Notes under the pieces: generated by a model | The model's input: only the letters and a program-made list of their open reading frames with translations | What the model was told of the DNA's origin: nothing | Database searches by the model: none | Translations under genes and position numbers: made by a program | From: Perkinsus olseni | Lineage: Eukaryota | DNA: 48,382 nt | NCBI GenBank assembly: GCA_013115125.1 | Contig: JABANN010000240.1 | Location: forward strand, 1-48,382 | Reading direction: 5' to 3' | Shown here: one piece after another, positions 10,715 to 24,100 of the stretch | Numbering within the stretch: the first letter of the stretch is position 1 | Layout: the number at the start of each line of letters is the position of its first letter

Positions 10715-11866
10715 AGCTTGAGACAGACTGTAGACTGAAAACAATAGTCCACGCTGTTCCGCTTCACACAGTCAAACTCGACGCTGGCAGATTATGGAAG
10801 GCGAAGAAAGAATTTAATCTCAAGAATTTGACCCCTGTTTCGAAGCCCTTTAATGAAGTATTTGATAATCACTCTACGTCGGTTGGTTCATGAAGTCCAC
10901 AGTCTTTGAGCATCCAAGTAAGCCGGTACTAACGGCGATGGGCTATAGACTCACACACACCTTGGTTTATACAAAAGCTATCTCGTCGCACTCGCATGCA
11001 TGCACACAGCAGCGCCACTAGCCATAGCAGCTGGATAGGGCTAGAAGCCTCCCATGATCGGCAGACGATCAGCAAGCAACACTCAACAAGCCAAGGACAC
11101 TAACAGCTGGACGTCTACTGCGACAACTGCCCGGAATGAGAGCACCAATGACAAACGTACCGGGGGAGAGTAGGGGAGACAACGGTTGTGACGCCAGACC
11201 AGAGTTACTGACGGTGGAGGCCGCGCAAAGGACTTCAGAAAGGCTACACGCGAGCTCCGTCAGATTCGGGGATCACTCCGCGGCTCAAACCAAACTGTCA
11301 CCGTGAGTGGCACAGATCAGGCAGGGACCCACAGTGTGGCTTCAAGTCAAGACTTGAAGAATTGCGCCGAAGCTGTCCATAAGCTGCACGATGGCAACTG
11401 CGCGAGGTAAGCAGCATTCGACACTCAAAGCGTATATCCTCGAAGCCTGTGGGGAGCTAGCGATGCAATTCATACTCTCAAGAGGAGCAAAAGAGACGAA
11501 TCAGAAGGCTGGCTAATGCACGGGTGAGCCCTGTGTGTTGTGTTCCTCTAAACGACACTATGCGTAGGCAACCCGGTGTTGCTTCTCCGTTGATGTTAGT
11601 AAGCAACGCAGGTTGGCGGGGGTGTAGAGGTCCATTCCGAGAAGGACGGAGTACTAGCTATGCACGCATGCACAAGACGATCAGCGCATAATAAGTGACA
11701 CACGGAGACATTGAGTTAGTATCATTGACGAAGCTGATCAAGACAAAAGGTGTAGCGCGAAGTACCTCCACCATTGATCACACCTTGCCCATGGTGTGTT
11801 CGAACGACCTCTCTCCATAGCAAATGGATCAAAAACACAAACAGCTGAGAGTATGATCAGAAACAT

Positions 11867-13755
11867 TCATGTTCTCGAGACCCGCATGAGTCTCGGAGGT
11901 AACCGCGGCAACTGTATTCGATCTTCAGAGGACGGCCTAGCCGTACTGCAGGCTTTTAGTGCCTGCCTAGATCCCAGTGTAGGAGTAGTAGGGTGCCTCA
12001 CGTCAGAGTCGAATATCCGGGCCAACGACTCAGAAGGGACGAATGCTCGGCCTGAAGCATCCGGGCGATGTTGTTGAGAATGCAGAGCCCCGATAATACT
12101 CACATGCACTATGTACTTTACGCTGTAGCGACACGTGGACATGCTGAAGGTGCTCGAGGAATACCATCCATTGCTGTGCGCTCAATCCCGAGCTGTACTG
12201 CAACAAGGCTTCCACCAGCGTAGCGCTGTAGAGGTCATCAGTGTATCTGACTCCAACATCCCCATGAGAAAATAGCTGAAGCAAAGCTCACTTGATTGGC
12301 TTAGACCATAGCCCAGAAGATATTATGATGAGTTGCTCAGCACTGAGAGACCTTAGTCTTGGATACGTCTCTCGTACTAGTAGGAGGACCAGCCGGACCG
12401 CATACGTTGGTAATGCTGTAGCCTGAACGGTAGCCTCATACTACCGAGTAGCACTGTGGTGTAACAGACGGTACAAGAACTACGACTGACGAAGGAAACT
12501 GACGGCCCGAGCAGGGGCTTAGAAGTAGATTCTTCCGAGATTTTATATCCGAGTTTCAAGTGTACAACCCGGCGCTGTTAGTGAGGGCCCACGAGGAACA
12601 TATCGCGGAGCGGATGACGTGCAATTCTACGATGATGTCAGTACATCGTGCCGATGACCCGATCGCCAGGCCCGGGATGTTACCGAAGTGTTATTCCCCA
12701 CAATGAAGCCCAAATTGGACGCGAGCTGGACCCAGTCGTCAACGTCAACGTTAGCTGCAATGCTGGAAGATATCCGCTGTGATGCAAGGAAACGGAGGAA
12801 GGCTTGAGACTTCGGCGTTGTTCCACCAGGCGCTCTGGCGAAGAGGTTGAGAACCCGCACTGGATTGGTATCGATGGTGATGCTGACGGGTGATGAGAGT
12901 AACTACGACATAACAATATGTACACTGCACGGGTCCAGCAGGAGGAGGAGGAGCTCACCAGCCTGGTCTGCGCTCGAAGATCATCGACAATAGCCTCGAG
13001 ATGGTCGGAAACATCCGCTCGGGGCAGCGCCATCAGAGTATCAAGGCAAAGTGCCAGAGTGCTTGGAGAGAGCCCCTCTCCTCTCAGCAGCGATAGGAGC
13101 TCAAAGCTGGTACAGCCGAGCTTGCAGGTGGCGATTACGAACCTCACACTGATGTCAGGATCGCTGGCGAGAGATGCCGAGCACTGCCCGAGGCGAGTAA
13201 GAAGGACCTTTTCTAGTGCTTGTGTAGTGATAGGCGATAGAGCACCGATGGCCGCAGGTTGGGCAAGAGCCTCCACCAGGTCCAGGAGCTGAAATGCAGT
13301 TGTAGAAAGACCGTCACAGTGATGATGATGGTACTCACTTGGTGAATATCAGAGTAGATTGCCTGATATTCCACAGCACTCTCCGCTAGAGCCTTAGCTC
13401 TAGCAGGGTATAGGCGGTATCTAGCAACACCAGCCGCGCCGTCAACAGGGATGAAGTACTCTGAGAAAGCTACTGTGCGTCTACGGCGACCAGGGTAGTA
13501 CTCACTGCACAGTCGAGCGAGATGAGGAGGCTCTAGCTGATTCAGTTGTCTTTGACCATCATCATCATGTAGCAAATCACCCTTCTGAGCTCTACTAAGT
13601 ATGCTCATCAAATCCCCTCTCGACGTATAAGCTACCACAGAAGGATCGAACCTGGAGGAGAGGTAGGATGATGATGCTGAGGTAGGATACCAACTGCGCT
13701 ACCTTCGTCGGAGCTTCACAATCGATGGACACCGTACTAACGACGCTGCAGTCAT
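11867..13755 (-). CDS. Multi-exon hypothetical protein, helical and Leu/Ala-rich; possible organelle transit peptide; 3' end uncertain
   Basis: Chain of - strand ORF segments separated by short GT-AG introns. Start MTAASLVRCPSIVKLRR splices in frame to FDPSVVAYTSRGDL. Confidence 0.5.
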
Positions 13756-13912
13756 CGCTCCTGAAAACTGCTCTCACTGCACCCGCTGCCTGCCCCTGAG
13801 CCTGTGCCACTACGAACGCAAAAATTCGCAATAAAAGGGAGAAACCAGTGATTACAGCACAGCCGTTCAAGAGTAGACGGAGCGGTGCGAGATCAGCAGA
13901 TCAGGATGATAA

Positions 13913-15229
13913 TCAGTCCAGGTGGCTCTCTTCTACTGGAGCCACCACATTGTAGCGCCTCTTCCAGTCGGCAACTTTCTGACGAAGGTTCAATACCGCA
14001 GGATGGTTCTCCGATTCACGCCTGAGAGCAACTAGCTGCTCACATAAGAACGAAGACAGGAGAGGTCTCACATGAAGTTGGCGTAATTCGGTTGATTGCC
14101 GATGTCCCGGAGGACAGCCTGTGAGGTACCGATGCACTCATCGAACAAGGCAACTGAGAGCATGGCCAACGTAGGGCTACATCAGAGGCAACAAGGGGCG
14201 TCGCTTACTGAACTCCTTGAACTCGGGGCCATCAAAGTCAGCCTGAGGGCCGAATTGGATGGCAAGCCGAAGAGCATCGATCTGGAAGCAGCTGTCTCCT
14301 TTAGTGAACGGCGTTATGCCGTCCACGCCGAAGTCCACCAAATCAACCACACGGTTGACCATATAATCTGAGCTCACAGCCGTCTACTCTCCAAGAGCAG
14401 ACAAGGAAAAGGGGGCCTACTTTGAACGCCATACTTCGTCAACCAAGTGATCATGCGCATGCTCCCCACGTGGTAGCCCGCGTCGATGCCCCTGGCCTGC
14501 AAGTGATTCGCAAGGGAACTGCGAACAAGGGTGTATCCGCAACTATACCAATGGACCGTGCACCGTGGCTTACTCTCCAGCGTTCTTGACTCGTTCTCTG
14601 AACTCTACACTGAGGCTAGATCGCACCATGTTGGCATCAAACCGTGATACATTGGTGTAGACCGAGAGATTGTGCACCTCATCACGAAGCTCTCTCAGCT
14701 GCTGAGCCATATCACTTCCATTACCTGCGGGATGATGATGGACAACAGAGGGAGAAGTTATAAAGGAGGAAGTAGAGGGCGTACTGGCAGCAGCATCTTC
14801 GGCTTCCACTCTGTACCCTGATTTCAGGATCTGTGATTTTACAGTAGTCCTGAAGAGCATAGCAGTGCTTGGACGCACGTGAACGATCAGCAGCTCACAG
14901 TCGGGAGTTCATCATCGACGCCTGTATCAACGACCCCACTCCAACTGCCAACATCAAGCCAATTATCGCCATCAGGAAGAGAGTCACCTGAATAGCAACC
15001 TAACCGCATGCTACTCGAATCTAGCAGATGCGACTAAGAAGGAATCATTTGGAAACGGCCAGAGGATATCCCGTCCACAGCTGGTAACGATCACAATGCA
15101 TCCTGAGGCTACATGTGTATGGGACGGCCATGGCTGCGCAGTTGTAGAGGCCACACGGTCGTTGCTCTCCGTTTCGCTGGTTGAGGATGTTGATGTACTC
15201 GGGGGCGGGTTACTGGCGGAACGGGCCAT
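13913..15229 (-). CDS. Multi-exon hypothetical protein
   Basis: Segments MARSASNPPPS..., MLFRTTVKSQ...RERVKNAG, SDYMVNRVVDLVDFG...EFKEFS and ...KVADWKRRYNVVAPVEESHLD* are bounded by GT/AG sites. No family recognised. Confidence 0.55.
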
Positions 15230-15405
15230 GATGGGAAGAATGAAAAAACTGGCAGTTCTCCCAGCAGGTCCGAAGGAACTCAATAGCAGCCTGGCGAAGA
15301 CAGATCCAAGTAGACATGTGATATTAGGGCATGAAACGTTCATAGGGGTAATGGTACGTGTGACCATCATGAGGGCCTCGCTGGGCCACAGCACACGGAC
15401 AGATG

Positions 15406-17300
15406 TCAGCAAAACCGTTGCGACGAGAGTCACTAACAACGTCTAAAGGCTCGTACTCTCTCGGGTTCGAAGCCGAAAGTAACTAATGGAAGCCATTACC
15501 ATAACAGGCAATGGCAGGCGGACTCACCGTATCCTGAAAGGCAGAGATTTCTGCGTCACTGGTGGCCATGCCCCCTCGTGGGAGATAGAGGCCCTCGAGT
15601 TGATCATGATCCTCATCATCATGACGGTATCGAGGCTTGTAATAGCCCGCCCGAACGTCTGCTCTCCACATGCACCGCAATTGACTAATATTGAGATGGT
15701 GTACCGCCCAAGTACGGTTGTGCAGTCTCGAAAACTGATGCTCGCAATAAGGGTTCAACGCTATGCGATTTTCATCTCTATCGTCGATTTGCACAAAAGT
15801 TCGTCGCTCCGCTACTAGCTGGAACAAGTAAGTGCCAAAGGCAGGGTCATCAGGGTGGGCAGAATGCAGTCCTCCCTCAGTCTCCCTCTGCACCACCATC
15901 CTCACAAGGTCCATCGATGCAACGTAAAGATTGCCTCTCACGTACAGTGGGAATCTCTCTGCTAGGGAGTAGTCCACCCGAGGGTCGTTGTAGTCTTTCT
16001 TATTATCAGGATCTCTCACAACAACACTAGCATAGTCATAGAACCCCCAAAGGTATCGCACAGGTACTCTATGCTCTACGATTTGGTCAAGTAATGGTAT
16101 GGGACGAAGATACACATCATCATCCACCCGGAGGAAATATACCGCATCCGACCAGCGTTCAGTAACATACTGGAACATCCTCAGAGACTTCAACGTCACA
16201 TTCCTGTACGTGTCCCAAACGTCTAGCTCCGCCAAGTCACCGTAAGCTGCCTGTTCCCTCGAGACCTCCTCGGGACCCTTACCGACAAAAAAGCGATAAT
16301 CAACTCGACCCGAGTCGAACGTCATTCGCCGCAACAACGACACCCATGTTTGCCGCAACGTCTGCCTCAACAGAAAATTCCTTCTAGCGCTGAAAATACC
16401 AACAAAAACAACGCTTCGCTCCGCTAGACCTTGCCTTCCCTTGTGGATTTGACAGAGAGTGCATACATGAGCATGAAGCCTCGTCTCTATAGGAAGGTGG
16501 TATCGATATTGAAACACATCTTGCGTCATTCGCTGAGTCTCCAACCGATAAAAGACGTTCTCTTCCTTCTTCTCGTTCGTCATCAAATCTTCCAGCATCA
16601 CGATGGCGGCAGGAAGCTCAAGACTGTAGATGCCCCACACCGCCTCCCCCATGTGAAAGTGGAAGGGAATGACTTTCTTCATTTCCCCTACCGGTACCAA
16701 TGGTATGGTATGATGCGCCATAGCTTCGACCAGTACCCTCGGCGGGAACTCGCCATCATCGAGGCCGCCATAGAGAAGGGTGAAGCGATACCGTTTGAAC
16801 ATTCTACTGTAGGACGATGAACCCTCCACATAAACATGATCGGGCATAATCTCAGTAGCATTAACAACCAGGTTCTGGAGATGTTGCTGCGCCATGAAAT
16901 CCCTCGGCAGCACCACCGACAGCAAATGGTCCTTCTCTAGTAGCAGCTGGATGTTCTTCTCCTCGTAGTGGGTCGGGTCGAAGTAGTAGACGTTACCCTT
17001 TCTCTCCATGAAGGGTACAATACTACGATTGCTCGTCAGGATGATATCATAGTCCCCTTCTACTCTACCACCACTAGCGTTAGAGTACAGAACTCCACAG
17101 CTGGTCCGAGGCAGCGGATTGCTGGGCCCCTCGAGCACCAGGAAGGCATCACAATCTTCCATACGCCTTGTCCAACCACTGCCCTCACTAAGTGCCGCGC
17201 TGAAGATACGATTCAGCCGATTGATTCTGTCACCAATCGAAGGAACGCCAGCAGGAACTACTGAGAAATGGACGAGAGTGACCACAAGGGTTAACAACAT
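15406..17300 (-). CDS. GT31 (beta-1,3-galactosyltransferase-like) glycosyltransferase with an extra N-terminal domain; last exon uncertain
   Basis: 605-aa ORF with signal/anchor, 'FVGIFSARRNFLLRQTLRQTW', 'DTYRNVTLKS', DxD 'FLRVDDDVY', 'PLYVRGNLYVASMDLV' and 'PDDPAFGTYL'. A GTGAG donor near 15527 implies a short terminal exon. Confidence 0.85.
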
Positions 17301-17454
17301 CTAACACCAATGATATAAAAGCACTTCAAGTGCTGCACTTGTTGCTGCACTCTAACTCAACCCTCAGGGACTATTATACGTTGGGAGGAACAATCTACAG
17401 TCATCAATAATACTATAGTGCAGGGTTGCATCATCATCAAACTCAAGCATCAGG

Positions 17455-19635
17455 CTATACTATGGTGGTCATCTGATCAGACCAGCACCTCTCGAGGAGG
17501 TCGATGCCGTGATCTTTCCCGACGACTCGAACGACGACTGCAGCGTTATTGGCGAAGTGCTCGATCTCCTCATCGAAGCCCATCTCGACAGGCTCTCGGA
17601 ACCCTACCACATTCTCTACTGCTAGTGTCTGGAAAAGACTGTCCATGTATCTGACAAAAATGTATTCGGACTCGACGGAGCGATGCAGCACTCGGTGGCA
17701 CCCACCTCTGAACAGCTTTCTTCAGGTCTATCAGGACTTCACTTGCGGAGCGCGGATACTGACAAGGAAGGCGTGACGGTGTACTCATAGAGGAAGTGTC
17801 CAGTTACATGCATTGGCAACTGGGCCTCCTTTTCCTCAGCGTACAGTCGCTTTACTGGTGGCCCATGACCCCACAGGGGGTTCGATTTTGCCGGAAAATC
17901 TATGTAGGCGATGTACGTCAGAATCTGGGCGCCGGCATCACCAACAGGACCAGTGAGGAAGGGGGTAACGGGACGTATCCGGACACCTGAGGAATGAAGG
18001 TTGACCCGAGTCAGCCACGGTTGAAAGATACTCACTGTGTTCAGCCTCGAGTTCCCTTATGAGACCATCGTCGTTCCTGAAGCCTACGTGGTAAAAACCA
18101 TCTATCAACTTGGTCGACGCCGTCATCAATCGGACGACCAGCCAGCAGCCAAAGGGGCCGCCCTTGGGCAACATGAATCTGACCAGAACAGGCGTCCTAG
18201 CAAAGCAGGGTTCGGCGCCGCCACCCACTTCTGTGTTAAGGAGGGCGGTATCGAGCATCCTGCCTCGATGCTCGTTAGTAGCCTATCAGCTCGGTATGCC
18301 TCCGAAACGAACACCCTCCGGTGCGTCTCCGTCATACCCACTAGAAGGTTCAACTGGGGGTAGCTCGGCGACAACACTGGCATGACATCTAGCTGGTCAT
18401 AGGGGTAGTCTGGCAACCACTCGAGGAAGGCCTAAGAGCCAGCGAGAGACGAGTGGAGAACACCAGCAACAGCAGCAGCAGGAGCCAGGGCACCAACTCA
18501 CCTCATTGGAGGCGTGCTCGAGGACCTGCGTGTGTGTGGCCTTTCCTCTCGAGGTCATCTGTTTCTTCTTATCACAGTAGGCAGGGGGCGGTTCATTGCA
18601 GAGGTCGAAGCTGGTGAGGCCAGCGGTGGTGGGGCACTCCAGTAGTAGAGCAACGGGCTGCGCTGAGAGGGAGGAGGACAGTCATTGCCCGGTAACGACT
18701 CCTAAACGGTACCTGGCTCAGGTAGGGCTAGTGACTCATCAGTTTGGCCATTGGTATCAGGGCATGGGGACGTCCCTGAGAGCTGCTGTATCGACTTGTA
18801 CGTCTTGAAGAACTTCCCCGACAGCTGTATCCGGCCCTCATCCACATTCCTGGTACGGACCTGAGTATGGCGGGCTCTACTACCACTACGGACTCGAAGC
18901 CGAGGCACATGTGGCCAGGTAAAACGAGGGCAAAGTTTCTATGTGAATAACAGCAAAAAGCCCGGTAAACTGAGTAGTCAGCGCGTAACACTACTCCGTT
19001 ACTCCAGCATCAGCGGCAGCAGTACTACCTGTGCTTGGATACTTGATACCGCCTTGGACCCTCGCCCAGCTCTCTTGGCTTCGGTATGGACGTCCAATAC
19101 ATCAGGCAACTGGGAGCTTACCTCATACCCACCAAAGGGCCACTCAAGGGAATACCTGCACCACGACAACAACAGTGATGGGGATGCTATAGCCATGACC
19201 ACCATCAGCATCGATTGCACTTACAGCCGAAAGAAGGTGGAGACTGTGAGCTGCCATGGCCAATCTCTGTTAACGGGTTGTTGGTCCCCTCCAGCAGCCG
19301 AAGTCCTCCCCTCGCCGTAATTCTTGTTATAAAACACATGCTGCCATGCCCTCCCAACCATCACTGCCAAGGCCAGTGGTGAAGGGAACGGGCCGGGGTC
19401 ATCTTGAGTGCAGCACCTATCACTTCAAGTCATAGCACAGTCGCCACACCCAACCCACATACACTCTTCTATTCTCAGCCCACGACCTTATGAACTCGAC
19501 AGCCTCTACAAAGTTGTCGGGCAGTTCCTCCTGCTCCGTACAGGCAGCCCAGGTACATATAATACTACGGAGCCTTGTATAACTCTGTGCTAGCACCAGG
19601 GCCTGAGGGAATGGTGATCATCACAGCATGGCTCT

Positions 19636-19687
<52 letters not shown>

Positions 19688-20869
19688 GGACTATTACCAC
19701 TGCACTGGCAGGGTCATCCCGGCTAACTGCCTGTTTATTCATCAGGAGCCCTGTCGCGTCGGAGAGCACTTGAGAGGCATCAGCAGGGAAGGGAGTGAGC
19801 TGTAGGAAGCAGCAGCGCACCCTCACCAGACACCCGTTAGGATCGGACCCTGGCATGGGGCGGAATCTGAGGAGACGTCTACCCAGAGCTTGCGTATACG
19901 CCATAGCCTACTACCTCACTTTAAGTACTGTACCAGGGGTATTGGAGACGTATGCCTCCGACAAAGAGGGCCCTTGGTACCTCCTCAAGAAGTGCCTGAA
20001 TGTACTCATCCTAGTAGTAGTGGCGGCATGGAAAGGCTACGAGTACTACTACTACAACTGCATCGAAGTAGGGGTTACTGTTATAACATTCACCCGCGAG
20101 TGGGAGACTATAAAAAAGCTTCAATCATCAGGAGCATCATCTCGATTTAGTGACGGCTCAAGCTGCCACTCCCGGTCCGCATCTCCATTCAGAAAACAGC
20201 TGACCGAATTCCCAAATCAATTCGAAACATTCTCGAGTCAATCCCATACACAACCGAAAGCTAAACGGATAACCCAACGTGGTAGCTCTCCCCGAAGGCG
20301 ATGCCAACCAGCGTGCGAACTCCCTCTTCCCAAGTAGTACAATAAGTCAGTCGAAAGGTCCTGCGCCATCGAAAGCTCTGTGTCATCTAAACCATTGAGG
20401 CCCTGGGAGTTACACTCTGCCGATGTCGTCAACTCCCCCAGGAACATATTAGACGTCCACAGTACGTGGGGCACCAGCCACAACTACAACAACAGAAGCA
20501 TGAACAACGTCTAACACACTGAGTACTCATAATACAGCATCAAAGCCATTCTGCCACTTGGGCTGATAGATAGAGTCGCTATACGGTGCCGTTAGACTAC
20601 CTGAGCAGGCCATGCACATCAGGACACAACAGCAGATGAGTATCTTACAAGTAGTTGGCAGGCCTAACAGTATACGCTGACTGTGATTAGTAAACCAGGA
20701 CGATATTATACCTGAGCCCCTCGATGATGATGACGGTGCGATGGCAGTAGCGACGATTGTCACTACTTGATAGCTCCTCAATAAGTTGATCTCGGAGGGC
20801 CCCATCAGCCGAAGGGCTGACGCTAGCGGCCACCATCAACAACAACAACACCCAACCTAGATTGAACAC
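17455..20869 (-). CDS. Large multi-exon hypothetical protein or proteins, probably secreted; boundaries uncertain
   Basis: Continuous series of - strand exons flanked by short introns. Hydrophobic N-terminus [16 protein letters not shown]; terminal exon ...[14 protein letters not shown]. Confidence 0.45.
19639..19686. repeat. (CAG)16 microsatellite, probably intronic
   Basis: Perfect trinucleotide run. Confidence 0.97.
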
Positions 20870-21151
20870 TCGAAGTACTCCAGTGAACTCAACTCCAACT
20901 TCAACTCCACTACGACTGTCTGTGTGGTCATGGTAAGAGGGGGGCGGCCCAAAGGAGCATCATCATGAAGATGTGCATCACCACTGACGGAAATGCGAAT
21001 GAGGTTGGTATAAATCCCAGTCGTCCACTAAATGGAACTTTATTAAATTGGCAGGATGAATAAAATGCTTCGGCTTCTTCCACCACAGTTCGCCAAGCTG
21101 CTTCCGATACCTACTCGAATATCCCCTCGCGGAACCCCATCACAAGAGATC

Positions 21152-24100
21152 CTACAGAGTTTCTATGACCTCCCTGAGATCATCACAGCCCTCCAAGTCC
21201 TTCGGGGCCAGCGCTGGCTTCGGCGCCAGCGGTATCCACTCCACAACTTCGTGCTGCTTCCCAGAGACACCAGCTGTAACGATGCATACACCCAAGCGGG
21301 ACCTTGATCACCAACCTGCTGCTTCCTTCTCCTGTGCTTCAATCTCTATGATCTTCCTCCTCGACAGCTGCGTCGCCGCTGCCATCACAATATCACATAG
21401 AATCTCCGGATCAACCTACGCCGCGAGTGCTACCAGCCGTATTTCTACTAGGAAGGACCGAGCTCACCCCTTTAAGGAACTTCTTAAGCTGAACGTTTGG
21501 ATCCGTTGCCATTTTAGACATGGCCCTCCTAGCCTGGGCCGTTAAACGTAACTCTGACTGCAGCTCCGTCTGTAGATGAGCTAACATGCGCTTCACGTGT
21601 ACCTGCCGCATCGGCTTTGAGTCCCCTACCCCATCCAACTGACTACCTGTCGTTTAGCATACTCAGTATACCCATCTATCAGTATAGCGGACACGATCAG
21701 CCAGAAGACTATACGCTGAGGAAGGAACACCTGAGGTTGAAAGCACGGGATAAAAGCGCCGAGAAAGGGTAGTCGGCAGTAGTATCATTACCGCTAGACA
21801 CAGTACCAGTATCCCCAGTACAACTATGATATCGGTCATCCAGGACACCTTCCATGCTACGATATTCCGGAACTGCTCAAGCTTGGATATAGCGTCGAAT
21901 ATCGTCATCTGTATCTACGCACACAGAAGATTCCGACCCCTTCCCCTTCCCTGCTCTTTCTACCTTCGAGCCCTCCTCCATAACCATACGGTACTTGGCC
22001 AACAACCCAGCATTACCATCTCTACCCCCTTCAGAATCAACATATGCCTGATCCCGATCTTCCGTCTCCTCCGACAGCTCATGCAGCGTGAGCTCAACCT
22101 AGCACAGTACCGCATGGACAGACTTTAGTGTAGTCGGCCACCACCATCAACATACATCAGCACTAGAGGCCTCCCCGACCAATACTCCCTTCCATAGCCT
22201 TCGTCGTACCCAATGCTTATGAACTTGAAAGGATGAGTCCCACTTCAAGCCTTCCCTCGAGAACGACTTGGCATATCTGCCAAATGACCAGCAAGTGGCC
22301 GCTTCAAAGCACCTCCATCGAGCGCCCTCACTGCCAGCCATAGTGATCGCACTCCTTACGTTGCACGTGGATACGCCAGGAGTATCTAAGGTCGACCCAT
22401 GCATAAGGCAAGTCGCCGAGGTAGGGTAGTAGTACTTAACACCGCCTATTATGGTAGAGGGGGCGCCAACTAGTGGTATCAGCTCCGTCATATTGTCAGG
22501 ACGGCATTCATCTGATATATGCTACAAATACTACTGCAACCTCTCCTCGGCATCCCCTTACACCATCGGGCCTCCCCACCCTTGAGGTATTCATGTGAGA
22601 ACGTCTTCAACGCCCCACCGAAGCCTTGTATAACTACCACAACACCACCACCTCGCCGGTTTACCCCCCTCTCCTCAGTCGTACCCTGAGCGGCTGCATC
22701 ATACCCCATGTTGGCTACTCCTGATGAGTCGCCTCTACGACTAAATCGGAATGGAGGAGCAGTGACCTTCCGGCGTTCGCACTCGTACACATGTATACAA
22801 CTGAAGGGGGGACAGGACACACAATGGAGACCCTGGCTGCCACCACCACCCTCTTACATCTCCTGCTGCTCAGAGTCATCATCCTCATCCGACTCATCCG
22901 GGTAGCCAGCGGCTGCACGACTGAAAATGAAGCTGTTAAATGGATCGAGAACACATGAAGGCCTTACTCTAGGAGAGAGGCCCGACCGGAGGTGCTTAGC
23001 ATGGACATCCTCGACGGTGGGGAGTCCTTCATAACTACCAGAAAAAAGAGATGACTACCATACAGGAGCTCTCATCATACCTCTAGACGCTCTTTGATTA
23101 TTATACTGGTTACGTCCCCCCTGATCTAGGGCGTGCTTCCAGTCGAAGTCGTCCTTCGCCAGGAAGGACAGTCGTAGTGGGCGGAGATACCTGGCGGTGT
23201 TAGTACCAATGGTAGTACCATTGGATGGTACTGTACCATCATCAAGAGAAGTACCACAACTTACTTAATATAAAAGCGAGGGTACTGAGGATGGGCTCTG
23301 AGGATGGCATAGAGGATTCCAGCCAGCACTAGACATAGCAGCCAATCAGTGAGGAATAGTATACATACAGTGTAGACCACATAAAAGCGTACCGTACCTG
23401 ACTGGCAATGCCCAGGGACAGCCCTAACCCCTGTACCACTACTTCTCGGCTTCCTCCACTGCAGTATCTCCGCTATACCAGCCAGCCATGGCTTGCACAC
23501 CGCCATGAAGTGCTTCAACCTACCACCGAGATGCATGCCCCTCTCCCATCCTGACCAGCGTCCTGATCACCTCTGGACTTGTAACTTGAACATATCAATG
23601 CTAAACTCCGGGCGATGGGTGATACATACATTCCGAGAACGGTCAGAGGATATACAAAACATCTACAAATTACAACAATAACAGCCGACAGCAGGATGGT
23701 GATGGTGAGTCGTTCTCGTCACCTGCGTCCATTTCTGTGTCTTATAGTACGTCCTCACCAGCAGCTCTCCACGGTCAAGCTTGTCAGTTACCTTGGGCTT
23801 CTCACTTCTCAACTTGAGCTTCCATACCAGTGAGGTGTTTTGCCTGCATGGCCGCACGAGACGACTAAGTAGAGAGGACGAGATGCTACCTTAGGGCGTG
23901 GAGGGGTAAGGTGGCCACCCCGAGGAGATCATCAGCGGATAATTCATCCTCATCATAAACGTAAAAGGATAACGACCAGGAAGGGTCATCGTGGAAGACC
24001 GGCAGCTGAAGTATCTAACAATGAGGTAAATCGTGGGCGCACATACTGGACAATCTGAGCTATTTCGTATCTTCCTCGCTGCAACCTAGGATACTACCTG

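Noticed and set aside
19795-20337. 180-aa + strand ORF, and similar long antisense ORFs (3993-4565, 29685-30011, 30128-30604, 34920-35372, 45168-45638)
   Set aside because: They lie opposite well-supported or spliced genes, mostly lack an ATG start and show no motifs; they are shadow ORFs.
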